A stretch of 48,897 nucleotides of DNA, filler included, from Catajapyx aquilonaris (GCA_000934665.2; 2 parts of 2 records of this genome joined end to end with filler, not necessarily neighbours in it), one strand, 5' to 3'; counted from the first letter of the whole stretch, positions 27,257 to 37,629 are shown. A program made the numbers and translations. Notes: generated by a model from the letters alone, not told the origin.

Positions 27257-27651
27257 TAGTTAAATTATAATAGGAACAGTCCAATATAATTTGTTATGTT
27301 ATTTTTTTTAGACGTACGGTAATTCCAACACTGGTGGTTTCTTGCGGCATCCTCCCGATCACGCACACTAATCCGAATGCATCCGGATGCCAGAGGATGA
27401 TGATGGCTTGTGGCACGTGTGGTGATGCTGGGTGATGCAATCTTACAGTGTACGTGCGTTCTTTGTCACAGATCAGGTGAAAATTTGCATTCTATTGAGT
27501 AATAAGTATCATTTTCCACTGCAAGTCAATTTTCTTGTGGTGGTTCGAATTCTATGTAGGCCTACGTCAGCCTATGTAAAACGAAGGCGAATAGAAAGAA
27601 TGTCTTTTTCAGGACTCCCATGCTAGTACATTGCATTCTTGGGTAATTATC

Positions 27652-28506
27652 GGTAATTGTTCACTTTAGATGACTATGACCTAGAGCCGTTCTCGTGATA
27701 CTCACTATTCAACTAAGTGTCTAGATACCTAGGGCTGCCTCTTCCGAGGCGCGGAAGAGCTGTTTTAGCGCAAACACCCGTGTAGAACCGAAGTTACAGC
27801 GTTTTTCCCGATCCGCCTCCCAGTCGCCTATTCCGCTTTGGACGGCCATGTTGCATACGAATAGTAGCCCACTGCTCGATACTATTGCGGTTAGGGGAGA
27901 GTTTCCGGCCGATACGGTACTGTATATTCAAACGATACGTGGTGAACAGACTTTGGGCGTGTATCCGCTGAAGATAGGGGTGTATCCGCTGAAGATAGGG
28001 CTGTATCCGCAATTTCGAAGGTTAGGTTAGGTTGGTACATAGAAAAAGGGCCCTGTTTCCGTTGAAGGTAGGCATGTATCCGCTGAAGATAGGGCTGTAT
28101 CCGCAATTTAGGAGGTTAGGTTAGCCCCTTTTCTATGTACCAACCTAACCTAACCTAACCTCCGAAATTGCGGATACAGCCCTATCTTCAGCGGATACAC
28201 GCCAAAAAGAGTATATAAAAGTCTGCTTATTAAGCACGGAGAGGGTATCGAGTATCGACAGGTGCAACCATTGGTATCAACTCGGGCCGACCCGAGGAGC
28301 CCTATAAAATATGGCGCCGCGAGGAGTAATGGAATGTGTGGCCGTTGTGTTCATATGTTTGTAACTTCAGTTCTACACGGGTGTTTGCGCTAAAACAGCT
28401 CTTCCGCGCCTCAGAAGAGGCAGCCCTAGGTATCTAGACACTTAGTTGAATAGTGAGTATCACGAGAACGGCTGTAGGTCATAGTCATCTAAAGTGAACA
28501 ATTACC
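27652..28506. mobile_element. Non-autonomous Merlin MITE nested in the left TIR of the full-length Merlin
   Basis: Near-perfect TIRs of 137 bp or more (27652-27788 / 28370-28506) starting GGTAATTG; perfect 8-bp TSD TAATTATC (27644-27651 / 28507-28514); subterminal regions homologous to those of the host element. Confidence 0.93.
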
Positions 28507-28794
28507 TAATTATCTAGTTTATGGGGCTGCGGCCTACAGCGTTCGCAGTGGTAGGCTACTTACTGTTCAACTGATGAGTGCATAGGGTCCTAGTGCAGGC
28601 TTTCCCGAGTGGCGGAAAAGCAATCTCAGCTCAAACGACCGGGTAGAACCGAAGTTACACACATTTTAACCATACGCGCAGCATCCGATTCCGCTTTGCG
28701 ACGGCCATGATGTATACCCATGGTAGCACACTGATCGATACTATTGCGGGTAAGGGGAGCTCCCTGGGGATCTTGCTGGCCCCTTTTTGTGTCA

Positions 28795-28870
28795 ATACGG
28801 TACTGTATATTCTAAAGATACGGTACTGTATATTCTAAAGATACGGTACTGTATATTCTAACGATACGGT
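28795..28870 (+). repeat. 23-bp tandem repeat (about 3.3 copies) in the Merlin subterminal region
   Basis: ATACGGTACTGTATATTCTAAAG at 28795, 28818, 28841; single copy in the nested MITE at about 27912. Confidence 0.9.
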
Positions 28871-28889
28871 TCCGCAGATTCCACGTACC

Positions 28890-29025
28890 TTATTGTGGGT
28901 TCGGTGGGTACAGAGAGGCAGCAGCTTGCAGGAAATGATGCATCCGCTGCCGATGATCCAGATGTGCTCGTTTGAACATAAATTCGGCCAAATACCCTAC
29001 AAAGTGATGTGTCTTTCGGCCATAT
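28890..29025 (-). CDS. Merlin transposase exon 2 (RYGRKTHHFVGYLAEFMFKR...PPNPQ*)
   Basis: TTATTGCACAG acceptor at 29026; joins exon 1 in frame (AG|A = Arg); supplies the YLxEF-type C-terminal motif expected for IS1595/ISXO2-like transposases; TAA at 28890-28892. Confidence 0.85.
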
Positions 29026-29335
29026 CTGTGCAATAAGATGTAAAATTTGCATAAGGGCACATGCTGACGAAGGAATAGGCCTAGAATAGGCGTGTATCCT
29101 CTGATGATAAGACTGTATCCGCATGGAAGGTTAGGTTACCTGAACTATTGTTGGTAATCTAACCTAACCCAACCTAACCTTCCTTCCATGCGGATACAGC
29201 CCCATCTTCAGCGGATACAGTCCTATCTTCAGCGGATACACGCCTATTCTATAGCAGATACACGCCCAAGGGAGTAGGTAAAAGTGTGGCTATTATGCTA
29301 CGGAGTAATTCAGTACAGGAAACTGAACGGCCTAC
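29026..29335 (-). other. 310-nt GT-AG intron of the transposase containing a fold-back hairpin
   Basis: AG|GTAGGC donor at 29335 and CACAG acceptor at 29026; inverted arms at about 29081-29138 and 29160-29254. Confidence 0.8.
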
Positions 29336-30159
29336 CTTGGTACCTTAGAACGAACTTCCCTCCAGGTTCGCTCTATGTTCTGAGTGTGTGCCCCAGTGTC
29401 GGGATCAACAAAGTTCACCGAATGGTTGACTTTAAGGTGCTGGAACCCTTCATTACTGAGACAGTCGTAGGCCCTCCAAAAGTCACTCATGATGGTCGTC
29501 CGGTCACATATCTTGTCCTTAATCACTGCCAGTAGAGTATCCCTTGATCGATTGGCAACCCTGACCATGAATACTTCCTTCGGATCACTTCTCAAAATCC
29601 CCCCAAAAATCCATTGACCATCAATAATTCTGCCCCTATTGTACTTCCTTTTTCCAAATTTCCCCTCGTCCACTTCTACTACTTCTCCTTCTCCACCAAT
29701 CCTGCCTTCGTGCGCATTAATAGCCCAATGTATTAAGACCTCACGGCAAAAAGAATACCAGTCCACAACTGTGCAGTGATTTATCCCCAAATCTCGCTCC
29801 AGGAATTCCTGACGTGGAGGATCCTTTGTTAACCGTATGTACACGATGCCACAGATGGTGTGAAGTGGCAGATGAGACCGTGCAAAGAAGGTTCCAACCA
29901 GAGCAGAATCAGAATGGGAATACTTATGCCGCCTACCTTTTTTCTTCTTTCCACCTGCGATAGTCCTTTGACAGGTGAATGTTAATTGCTCCCAATTAAC
30001 CCGGCATGCTTTGCCGCAAACCCCACAAATATGCGTCGCACTTATCAGCCCATGGTTTAAGAGGTACTTGAGCAAATCATGACGGACGATGGCCATAGGA
30101 AAAAACTCGAAACTTGTCAACGAGCACCCGTCGCACTGTTGCACCTCAAATCCCTCCAT
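29336..30159 (-). CDS. Merlin transposase exon 1 (IS1595/ISXO2-like DDE transposase)
   Basis: N-terminal CxxC Zn-ribbon, HTH-like LGINHCTVVDWYSFCRE, catalytic motifs VEVDE, IMSD, VNHSVNFVDPDTGAHTQNIE. Confidence 0.93.
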
Positions 30160-30887
30160 TCTGACATGTCACGGAGATGGTATCGAGTATGGACAAGTGC
30201 AACCATTGGTATAAATAGATGGCCGCCGCAAGGAGCAATGGAATGTGTATACGTCATGTTAAAATCTGTGAAACTTTAGTTCTACCTGGTCGTTTGAGCT
30301 GAGATTGCTTTTCCGCCACTCGGGAAAGCCTTCACTAGGTTCCCTATGCACTCACTGTCAGTTGAACAGTACGTACCACCGCGAATGCTGTAGGCCGCGG
30401 CCCACTAAACTAGATAATTACCCATTCTCGTGTGTGCATGTGTGAGTGACCCTGCAGGAAGGCTGTGATTAATGCAGTCCACAATAAAGTATTGAAGTTG
30501 AACAAACTTGACATGACTTATGCAGGTTTATGTCACATGTAACTTATTTTCTTCTGGAAGTGGGATTTAGAGATTTCTTTTAATATAAGTATTTTCTGTG
30601 TCTGTTGTCAGCTGGTTATTCATCAAATGGAACAGCAGTCCACATGATTCCATTTAGTAAAATGAAACAGGAACCAGTACTCCTTTCAGGGAAAGGAGCC
30701 ACAAATAATTGTGGAATGGTTTTGTTACTGGCAAGGGAAGGTCACCAATTGTACATGGAATTGCTGAATGAAACTTGGCACAATAATACAGGCAGGTAAG
30801 TTATTAACCAAAATGCAAAATGTTTTGGCCTAGTGATCTATGTCACAAGTTATGACCTCTCAATGTCAGCCCGGACAGCTTACCTAA

Positions 30888-31193
30888 GGGGTCGTCCATA
30901 TACCACGTGACCGTTTTGGGGGGGGGGGNTGCAGATGCACATGGGTTTAAAATAACCTAAAATTCGAAATCAGCGACCCCGAAAACATGGGCGACATGTT
31001 TTTTACGTGCTTAAACAGTTTAGGTGAGGAGCTATCAATTTCGATCGCGTTTTTTCTGATAACATTGACATTTAAAAAAAAACCATGTGAAAAGGGGGGT
31101 TCCAATGGATACCACGGTCGGTCACTGGGGGGGAGGGGGGGGAGGGGGTCAAAAAGTGCCCGAAAATCGGTCACGTGGTTTATGGATGACCCC
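30888..31193. mobile_element. PIF/Harbinger (Tourist-like) MITE
   Basis: TIR GGGGTCRTCCATAWACCACGTGACCG; TAA TSD at 30885-30887 and 31194-31196. Confidence 0.85.
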
Positions 31194-31279
31194 TAAGTGG
31201 GAAGGGTAAATTAGCACTTATAAATGTTTTAAATTATGTGTTCAAGACAAACTCATTTTTGTCACGTGCTACCCTAGTA

Positions 31280-31441
31280 CAGTGCTGGCCATATATCAAG
31301 GCAACCGCCAGCGACATTTTTCCGAAGCGGCAGAAGAAGGAATCTAAGATAAGCATGCTACAAGCCGGGCGAGCAAGATTCCTTCTTCTGCCGCTTCGGA
31401 AAAATGTCGCTGGCGGTTGACTCGATTTATGGCCACCACTG
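31280..31441. mobile_element. Tc1/mariner-type palindromic MITE
   Basis: Near-perfect arms of about 66 bp starting CAGTGSTGGCCATA, TA on both sides. Confidence 0.85.
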
Positions 31442-31856
31442 TACACCGGGTTGGTGCAGCCCCTGGATGTTTATTTCTTGTGACCATACAAATATTTTGT
31501 GAAGTGTGTAACTGATTCGCATCTGTATATTGCCCCTGACTATATGCAATCTGGCAATAGGAGAACTTTCTTTTTCTGCAGGCACTCACTCATTTTCAGC
31601 ATAGACCTTACTAGTTGGTATACACTGGAAAATACTCAAAATAACATAGCCGCAAGTGACTCTGATTTTCAGTGCTGTCCCCGCGCGGCAAGGCTACTTC
31701 TACACCAGGTTTCGCAGCCTAATGTAAATCAATTGGCACAAAAATCCGTCACGCCGACAGATGGCTCTGTACGCAGCCGCGGGGGGAGCTGTGAATACAG
31801 TACAGCTGTTTCATGTAGGAGAGGGCGCGACATGATTCTCATAATCGTACATATAA

Positions 31857-31960
31857 TGGTCACCAGACATCCCGGATTTTCCGGGACTGCCCGGAATTTT
31901 CACCCATTGTCCCAGATTCTCTCAGGGGTCATTCGGGATACCCATTTGTCCCGGACTACG
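31857..31960 (+). mobile_element. hAT-like terminal fragment
   Basis: GGTCACCAGACATCCCGGATTTTCCGGGAC with repeated GTCCCG/CGGGAC motifs; no second end found. Confidence 0.35.
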
Positions 31961-32212
31961 CCAAATTGTCACGGTTATAGCAGGGTTATGTTAGTATGCA
32001 GTAGTATATGACTGTAGGAGTTTAAAAATTTGATTACTCTCCGGTCCGCCAGGGACTTGAATGATGTATCTGGGAAGGCCCAAACCAGTAGGCCTATAAC
32101 ATCTCATTACAGTGGCAAAAATCTGCGATGGTCTCCATCATCACCGACCGAACACCTCATGTTCGCTCCCCTAATAAAAAGGTACAAGAAGGGGACCTAT
32201 CATGGGATATCC

Positions 32213-32239
32213 GTTGTTGTTGTTGTTGTTGTTGTTGTT
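32213..32239 (+). repeat. (GTT)9 microsatellite
   Basis: Direct reading. Confidence 0.95.
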
Positions 32240-32512
32240 ATGACAGTGCAGTGGGCCAAATAACATTCTCAAAAGACTCAAGACATCTGTTACAGCACAA
32301 TTACAATTGAATCATATAGAAATGGGAAAGTGCCAAATTGGTACTGCACCATCCTTCACTTCACTGACATCTGCAATTCTGCATGCTGTCTGCCGTATCA
32401 GGTCATCAATATGTCAACAACGCAAAACATATTATATATTGGAAAATCACTTCTTATCTAATGCTGCTCATAAATACCGTATATGGACATAAATACTGTA
32501 CATATATCATAT

Positions 32513-33597
32513 CCCACTCAAAAACGCACTTGTAAAAAAAGCGCCAAGTCGTCTGCCCAAAAAAACCTGTGAGATGGTGTCTGGGTGCCAAGCCTTGTCC
32601 ACTCCGCCGTACAAAGTAGTGAGATCGTGGTGGACGCCAAGCCTTTCTTCGAGGCTATAAGCTAAGTGAGATGACTTGGCTGGACTTGGTTCACGTGCAC
32701 GATGAACAATACGCGTTCAGTTCGCTGGAATTTGGTCAAGTTACTGTTCTCCCAATAAGCTGTACGACTCCATTTTCCAGTCTAATAAACCGCGATTGTA
32801 ATCATGTGCGATTCGAAGGTGACATTTTGTAGTTCCTGTGATATGAATCGGAGGTCCAAGTATATTTATAATTATTCTAATGAATCTAGGAACTATATAA
32901 CTTTTGAGGTGGAGTTGGTACGTTACTGCTCCACCACTGATGTTAATAATAATAATAATAATCTGGGGTAGTGCTTGACCTCATCCGAGGTATGCAGCAC
33001 GGACCTTTATTTATTATATCAAGTACATTTGAGCCTTTTTACGTAGCGCCCGGGCCCACGGGCAGGATGACAGGAGGGGATGTGCAAGGTGCAGTGCAAT
33101 GTCTTTATGTGGCCATTTTTAGTGAACTCCCCCGGGTGGTTTAGTCTGTGGAAATACCACCCGAGACGAAGCCAGAGGTGACCCTGAACTCTGCACGAGA
33201 TGAAGGGGGTGTCCCCGGGTTGGAATCGAACCCGGGACCTTAACATCCGTGGGCGCATACGTTACCGCAGCACCACTCCACCTCCCCCACCACTGACAGT
33301 TAAAAATAAATATTCCATTCGAAGGTCACATTTTTGGGTATTGGCTCTACAAATGAGTGTTAAAAGTTTACTTTCTATTGTATTAAACGGCGTATCGCAT
33401 TGTTCCTCATGCCCGTGAACCCAGTCCGGCCAAGTCATCTCACTTAGCTTATAGCCTCGAAGAAAGGCTTGGCGTCCACCACGATCTCACGACTTTGTAC
33501 GGAGGAGTGGACAAGGCTTGGCACCCAGACACCATCTCACAGTTTTTTTTTGGGCAGACGACTTGGCACTTTTTTTACGAGTGCATGTTTGAGTGGG
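32513..33597. mobile_element. Non-autonomous DNA transposon with about 200-bp TIRs (CACTA/EnSpm-like CCC termini)
   Basis: Arms 32513-32715 and about 33395-33597 are inverse; start CCCACTCAAA; AT on both flanks (possible 2-bp TSD); superfamily assignment is inference. Confidence 0.8.
32946..33286 (-). mobile_element. tRNA-derived SINE with (TTA)n tail
   Basis: Minus-strand head GGGGAGGTGGAGTGGTGCTGCGG...GGTTCGATTCC (A/B boxes); (TAA)n on plus at 32944-32961; TSD core CCACCACTGA at 32931-32940 and 33287-33296. Confidence 0.85.
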
Positions 33598-33902
33598 ATC
33601 TCACTACTTTTTGTTAGGTTGAATGAATGAAGGAAAGGGAGAAAGTAACATATTATCTCTCTCGGAGTAAGGTCACGAGGTAGAGGGGGTTGGTAATAGG
33701 GAGGAATGGAGGTAGGGAGGAATGGGAGATTGTGGATCTGGCGGTTTAAGACTAGGATCAATTTTTTTGTACAAAATTTGGGATCGGTACGAAACGGTAA
33801 CTGGAACCGGTGATTCTATTTTTGATTATCGCCACCCCTGATGAATTGATCGGGGTGGTATGTAACACTGAATGCTAGTACAGTGTCATACCCACAACAA
33901 TG

Positions 33903-34298
33903 TGTAAGACTCAGTTAGCTCAGATGGGATGCAGGTTCCGTAGGGAGGAGACAAGAATGAGAGTTCAAAGTTCAAACCAGATATATATTATTCCTTCAGA
34001 ATATACAGAAAGAGTGCCAGGGAGCGAGAGAGCTGCCGAGCTGCCCCTACTTATATAAGGTCCCATTCCCCCACAATGACGTCAGGACTTGAAGGGGGGA
34101 GGAGAGTGGGAGCATCAGTTGGGGGCTCCGGACACGTGGCCCACAAGGCGGAAAGGGGTTGAAAATACAACATGTCAAGAATAAGGCTCCTGATAACAGA
34201 CCGGAACATAGAGGGAAAGAAAGACACGTCTAGCCTCTGGAATTCTCTATGCAACAATGTCAATACATTGGTATTATGGAGACCATATGTCATCTACA
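33903..34298 (-). mobile_element. LTR of a retrotransposon with adjacent polypurine tract
   Basis: Minus strand reads AGTGGGGAGG (PPT, 34299-34308) then TGTAGA...TCTTACA; internal TATATAA near 34051; no TSD. Confidence 0.55.
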
Positions 34299-34717
34299 CC
34301 TCCCCACTATGCTTCTTTTTATCTGCCAGTGCTTTACCCTTCTGCTGTCTGAGCTGACATCGAGCGTTCATAACTTTTGACCTTGTATCACTAGGCCGAA
34401 ACTGTTTGCATTTTGGTTAATAACTTAGATGTCTATATTATTGTGCCAAGTTTCATTCTGCAACTCCATGTACATTGGGTGACCTTTCCTTGTGAGTGGG
34501 TAGAATGAAAGTGTACCTGTGTGCTGCAACTTTTTAGCCTGGTATTGCAGTCATATTGCTTAGTTTGCACCCAACCTAAGATGATATGTTTGGAGAAGGG
34601 ACCTTATGAGTCATAGCTCAAGCTTAATCCTAACCATTCCCAACTCCACCCATAGACAGTATTGCTACCACCTGAAAGAAAGGCTTCCTCAATGAATGAA
34701 GGTTGTACCATATTCTA

Positions 34718-34828
34718 CAAGGGCGAATTAAAAAGTAATTCACAATATTTTAAATTATGAAGCGTCACTACTGAAACTGACATACATACATGAAAAGGCA
34801 AGTCGATCTCTACTTTTTAACATAGTCT
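34718..34828 (+). mobile_element. mariner-like 5' terminal fragment
   Basis: TA-CAAGGGCGAATTAAAAAGTAAT resembles mariner TIRs. Confidence 0.4.
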
Positions 34829-34877
34829 GGGTGCATTTGGGTTGGGAGCGCTTATTCACCCTCCCCCTCTTTTGCAG

Positions 34878-35099
34878 GAGGAAGACAGCATGGAACCAAC
34901 AGGAATATGGTCAGAAGTTCCTCTTGCTGTGAACCATGAAAATGTGTGTGAGTCAGAAGTTGGAGGAAGAAGCAGTGTCACAGCTGCTACTGATCAGATG
35001 CAGGTGGTGAAGATTGAGCCTGAAGAACCTGATGGCGACAACCAGAGCACCCATCATGTGGTTGATGATGAAGTACAGGAGTCAGGCCTTGAACCTAAG
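34878..35099 (+). CDS. C2H2 zinc-finger protein, exon A (acidic, VKIEPEE motif)
   Basis: CCCTCTTTTGCAG acceptor, AAG|GTAGTT donor, 222 nt, phase 0/0; EEDSMEP...VKIEPEE...GLEPK; the in-frame ATG in this exon may be the start. Confidence 0.8.
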
Positions 35100-35121
35100 G
35101 TAGTTTTATATCACATATAAC

Positions 35122-35275
35122 CAGTGGTGGGCATTAGCGCCGCCAATTTGCTAACCGCTAATAGCGGAACGAACTTTTCGGTTAGCTGATTAGTGCTTTC
35201 ACTAACTTTTCAACCGGTTAGTGGACCGATTAGCTTCCGCTAAGTTTCGTGCCGCTCAGTGTTGGTCCACTAACA
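35122..35275 (+). mobile_element. hAT-like terminal fragment with TTAGC/GCTAA repeats
   Basis: CAGTGGTGGGCATTAGCG start and many TTAGC/GCTAA motifs; other end absent. Confidence 0.45.
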
Positions 35276-35362
35276 AAATTAATTTTATTCCAATTTGAAG
35301 GAAAGCAGGCAAGCACCTGTCCAGGGGAAGCAGATACAATGACTGAAAATGACTTAGTGTTA

Positions 35363-35575
35363 TAGATCGGTCAACATAAGAAGGCAACCGAGTGTGCTTC
35401 GCAGTGGCGCACAGGATGCAATACTGGAATCAGAAGTGATCTGTATGGCCATGCCAGTGTCAGAAATAAGTGTAACCTACAACAGATCATATCGTGCTTA
35501 TGCATAGATCACTTCTCATTCCAGGATTGCATCCTGTACCCCACACTCGGTTGCGTTCTTATGTTGACAGATCTA
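35363..35575. mobile_element. Palindromic MITE
   Basis: TAGATCKGTCAACATAAGAA.GCAACCGAGTGTG and CAGGATGCAAT..GAAGTGATCT are present in inverse at the right end; TA flanks. Confidence 0.75.
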
Positions 35576-36024
35576 TATAGTAGATTGCCTCCTAATGTGT
35601 CAAGGTGGGGGTTTCTGGCAACGCCCCCTCTTGCCCCCGCCTCTCCCCGCCGCTGCCTACCTCCTCTACCCCCTAGCCCCAACCTCGTTGCCCTACCTCC
35701 CGCTGCCTTCTACGTCACATCCCTCTGCCACGCTGACCTCTTAAGGACTACTGTGATGACAATTAAAATGGGAAATATTGATGACGTGAATTGTTGCGAC
35801 ACACATCCTAAAGCAAACCTTTAATGGCAATATGTACACATGTATTTCAAGCATTCAGCCTAGCATCCGGCGACTGATCCGGCGGATGTTCTGGTGAATG
35901 TCACTCATCCCCACTCCACCTGGACTTCACCATTCCTTCCCATCCCAATCCACGCACACCATTGGCTGGGAGTGTTGGGAGGGCGGACTGCCAAGTTAAC
36001 CCGCCGGGGACTATAGTTGCCATA

Positions 36025-36233
36025 CAGGGTGTCTCAACTTTTTTGTCCCATAAGTTATCGGAAAAGCCTATGTATCTTCTAGCTATGTAGCCAGAATATG
36101 CCCCAACATTCCTGGCACATCCCTCAACTAATAAAGCCAGGGAAGCATCACTGGTTGCAAGTCACTGCTAAAAATAAGCAGCTTAGTGCAATATTTCCGA
36201 TAATTGTTCGGACAAAAAAATTGAGACACCCTA
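36025..36233. mobile_element. Tc1/mariner-type MITE
   Basis: CAGGGTGTCTCAA.TTTTTTGTCC / GGACAAAAAAATTGAGACACCCT. Confidence 0.75.
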
Positions 36234-36702
36234 ATATTGTGGATATGTCGCACATTTATGGAAGCATGTTTAGGGGGTCGCAATCGGTAAAAGGTTGGAA
36301 ACCACTGGTCTAGGGACAGGCCACTGTTTCTGGTCGTCTACCTTATTACCGGTTGGTCACACGACATTTCTCCCCCCTACATTTTAGACTTGGTTGGGCC
36401 AAGGAATATGCTGACTGCCGTTGGTCATACTAGTAAGAAACACCCGGTATTATTGGGCACCTGGATCAGGCATAACAAGCTACGTGAGAATAATAACTTA
36501 GAGCAAAATTTCCTATAATTGATGCAACCCACGTCCTTGGAACACCCTCCATACATGATGCTGTTAGAGTTTATGCTTTTGCTAGGAAGTAATTTTATTC
36601 TGGCATACTGTGTTTTTCAAAGAAATTCAGGATTGCAAATGATCGATTCTCATGATGTCAAGGTTGGCTTACGGGCCATAAATTCCTCCTTTTCTTTTCC
36701 AG

Positions 36703-36867
36703 GGAGGTGACTCGAAGTCTTGCAAGAAGGAAGTATTCCCATGTGGGATGTGTGATGAGACCTTTAATACTGCGCTTGAGGTGTATATGCACAGATATGA
36801 CCACAATGGCAAGGATATACTCATTAATTTAAGGAAGGCATCATCTTCTCAATCTCAGAGGGAAAAG
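36703..36867 (+). CDS. C2H2 zinc-finger protein, exon B (one finger)
   Basis: TTTCTTTTCCAG acceptor, AAG|GTAGGC donor, 165 nt, phase 0/0; FPCGMCDETFNTALEVYMHRYDH. Confidence 0.85.
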
Positions 36868-37123
36868 GTAGGCATAGTAGTTGATTTTTGATTTTGATTT
36901 ATTTAATCCCTTGGGTTAGTTTACTCTTTGGGAGGACTTCCTCTACATACATGTACACTTATAAGACAGGGAACATTAACTCCTAAGTAATGTGGCATAG
37001 TAGTTATTTCCTGCATTATCCTCCTGAGACCTGATGTCGTAATATGTTGACATCAGCAAAAAAAAAAATTGACGCCAACTAGTGATGCCAACATAAGTGT
37101 AATGTGTTGGTATCCCATGATTC

Positions 37124-37522
37124 CAGTGCCCTGCATTAATGGCTATGCACATACATCGCCACCTGTCCGAGAACGAGCGGAATTAGGTGTCTTCGGGCTG
37201 CGTCCAAAATACTAGGACAGCTCCAGATATCGCGGTGGATTCAAACTCTTGCTACAAAGATGGATCACAGCAGATCACAGATATATCTGTGGGATGAATT
37301 ATAAGGCCATTGGGATTCCTATCAATGTATTGAGGTTGTGAACCAGTTATTACACGGACCACGTGAATGCCTGTTAATCCACCGCGATATCTCGAGCGGC
37401 TTAGAGCGGTCTCCTGAGCAGTCTTGAGATCAAAGTATTTTGGACACAGCCCACCGATGCGTAGTTCTGCTCAATCCCGCCAGGTGGCGATGTCTGTGCA
37501 TAGCCATTAATGCAGGGTACTG
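37124..37522. mobile_element. MITE with about 42-bp TIRs and internal inverted blocks
   Basis: CAGTRCCCTGCATTAATGGCTATGCACA.ACATCGCCACCTG at both ends; inner pairs GGGCTGYGTCCAAAATACT and AGATATCGCGGTGGATT. Confidence 0.8.
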
Positions 37523-37629
37523 TACAATTCGACCTCAATAGATGTAGCCACCTGGTGTCGAATATCTGAGTTTGGCCGTGAAAATTAAATCACTCCTGAA
37601 AATGAGGTATTGATTTTTTGGATTTTGGA

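Larger units (their letters stand above)
27642..30422 (-). mobile_element. Merlin (IS1016/IS1595-related) DNA transposon, full length
   Basis: About 144-bp TIRs starting GGTAATTATCTAGTTT (left: 27642-27651 plus 28515-28649; right: 30279-30422); 8-bp TSD CATTCTTG (27634-27641) / CATTCTCG (30423-30430); encodes an ISXO2-like transposase. Confidence 0.93.
30727..34497. mobile_element. Older DNA-transposon-like inverted repeat pair (30727-30870 / 34353-34497) enclosing several nested elements
   Basis: CAAGGGAAGGTCACC..TGTACATGGA..GAATGAAACTTGGCACAATAATA..TAAGTTATTAACCAAAATGCAAA..GGCCTAGTGAT is present in inverse at 34353-34497; similar terminus TTCCCTTGTGAGT at about 24570-24581. Confidence 0.6.

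Noticed and set aside
28020..29180. TTAGG runs as telomere or interstitial telomeric array
   Set aside because: Only 2-3 units, in inverted pairs inside transposon hairpins
29332..30159. Bacterial IS1595 contamination or recent horizontal transfer
   Set aside because: Spliceosomal intron, long TIRs, a nested MITE and eukaryotic flanks indicate a resident Merlin element
33200..33286. tRNA gene on the minus strand
   Set aside because: No complete cloverleaf; it is the head of a SINE with body, tail and TSD
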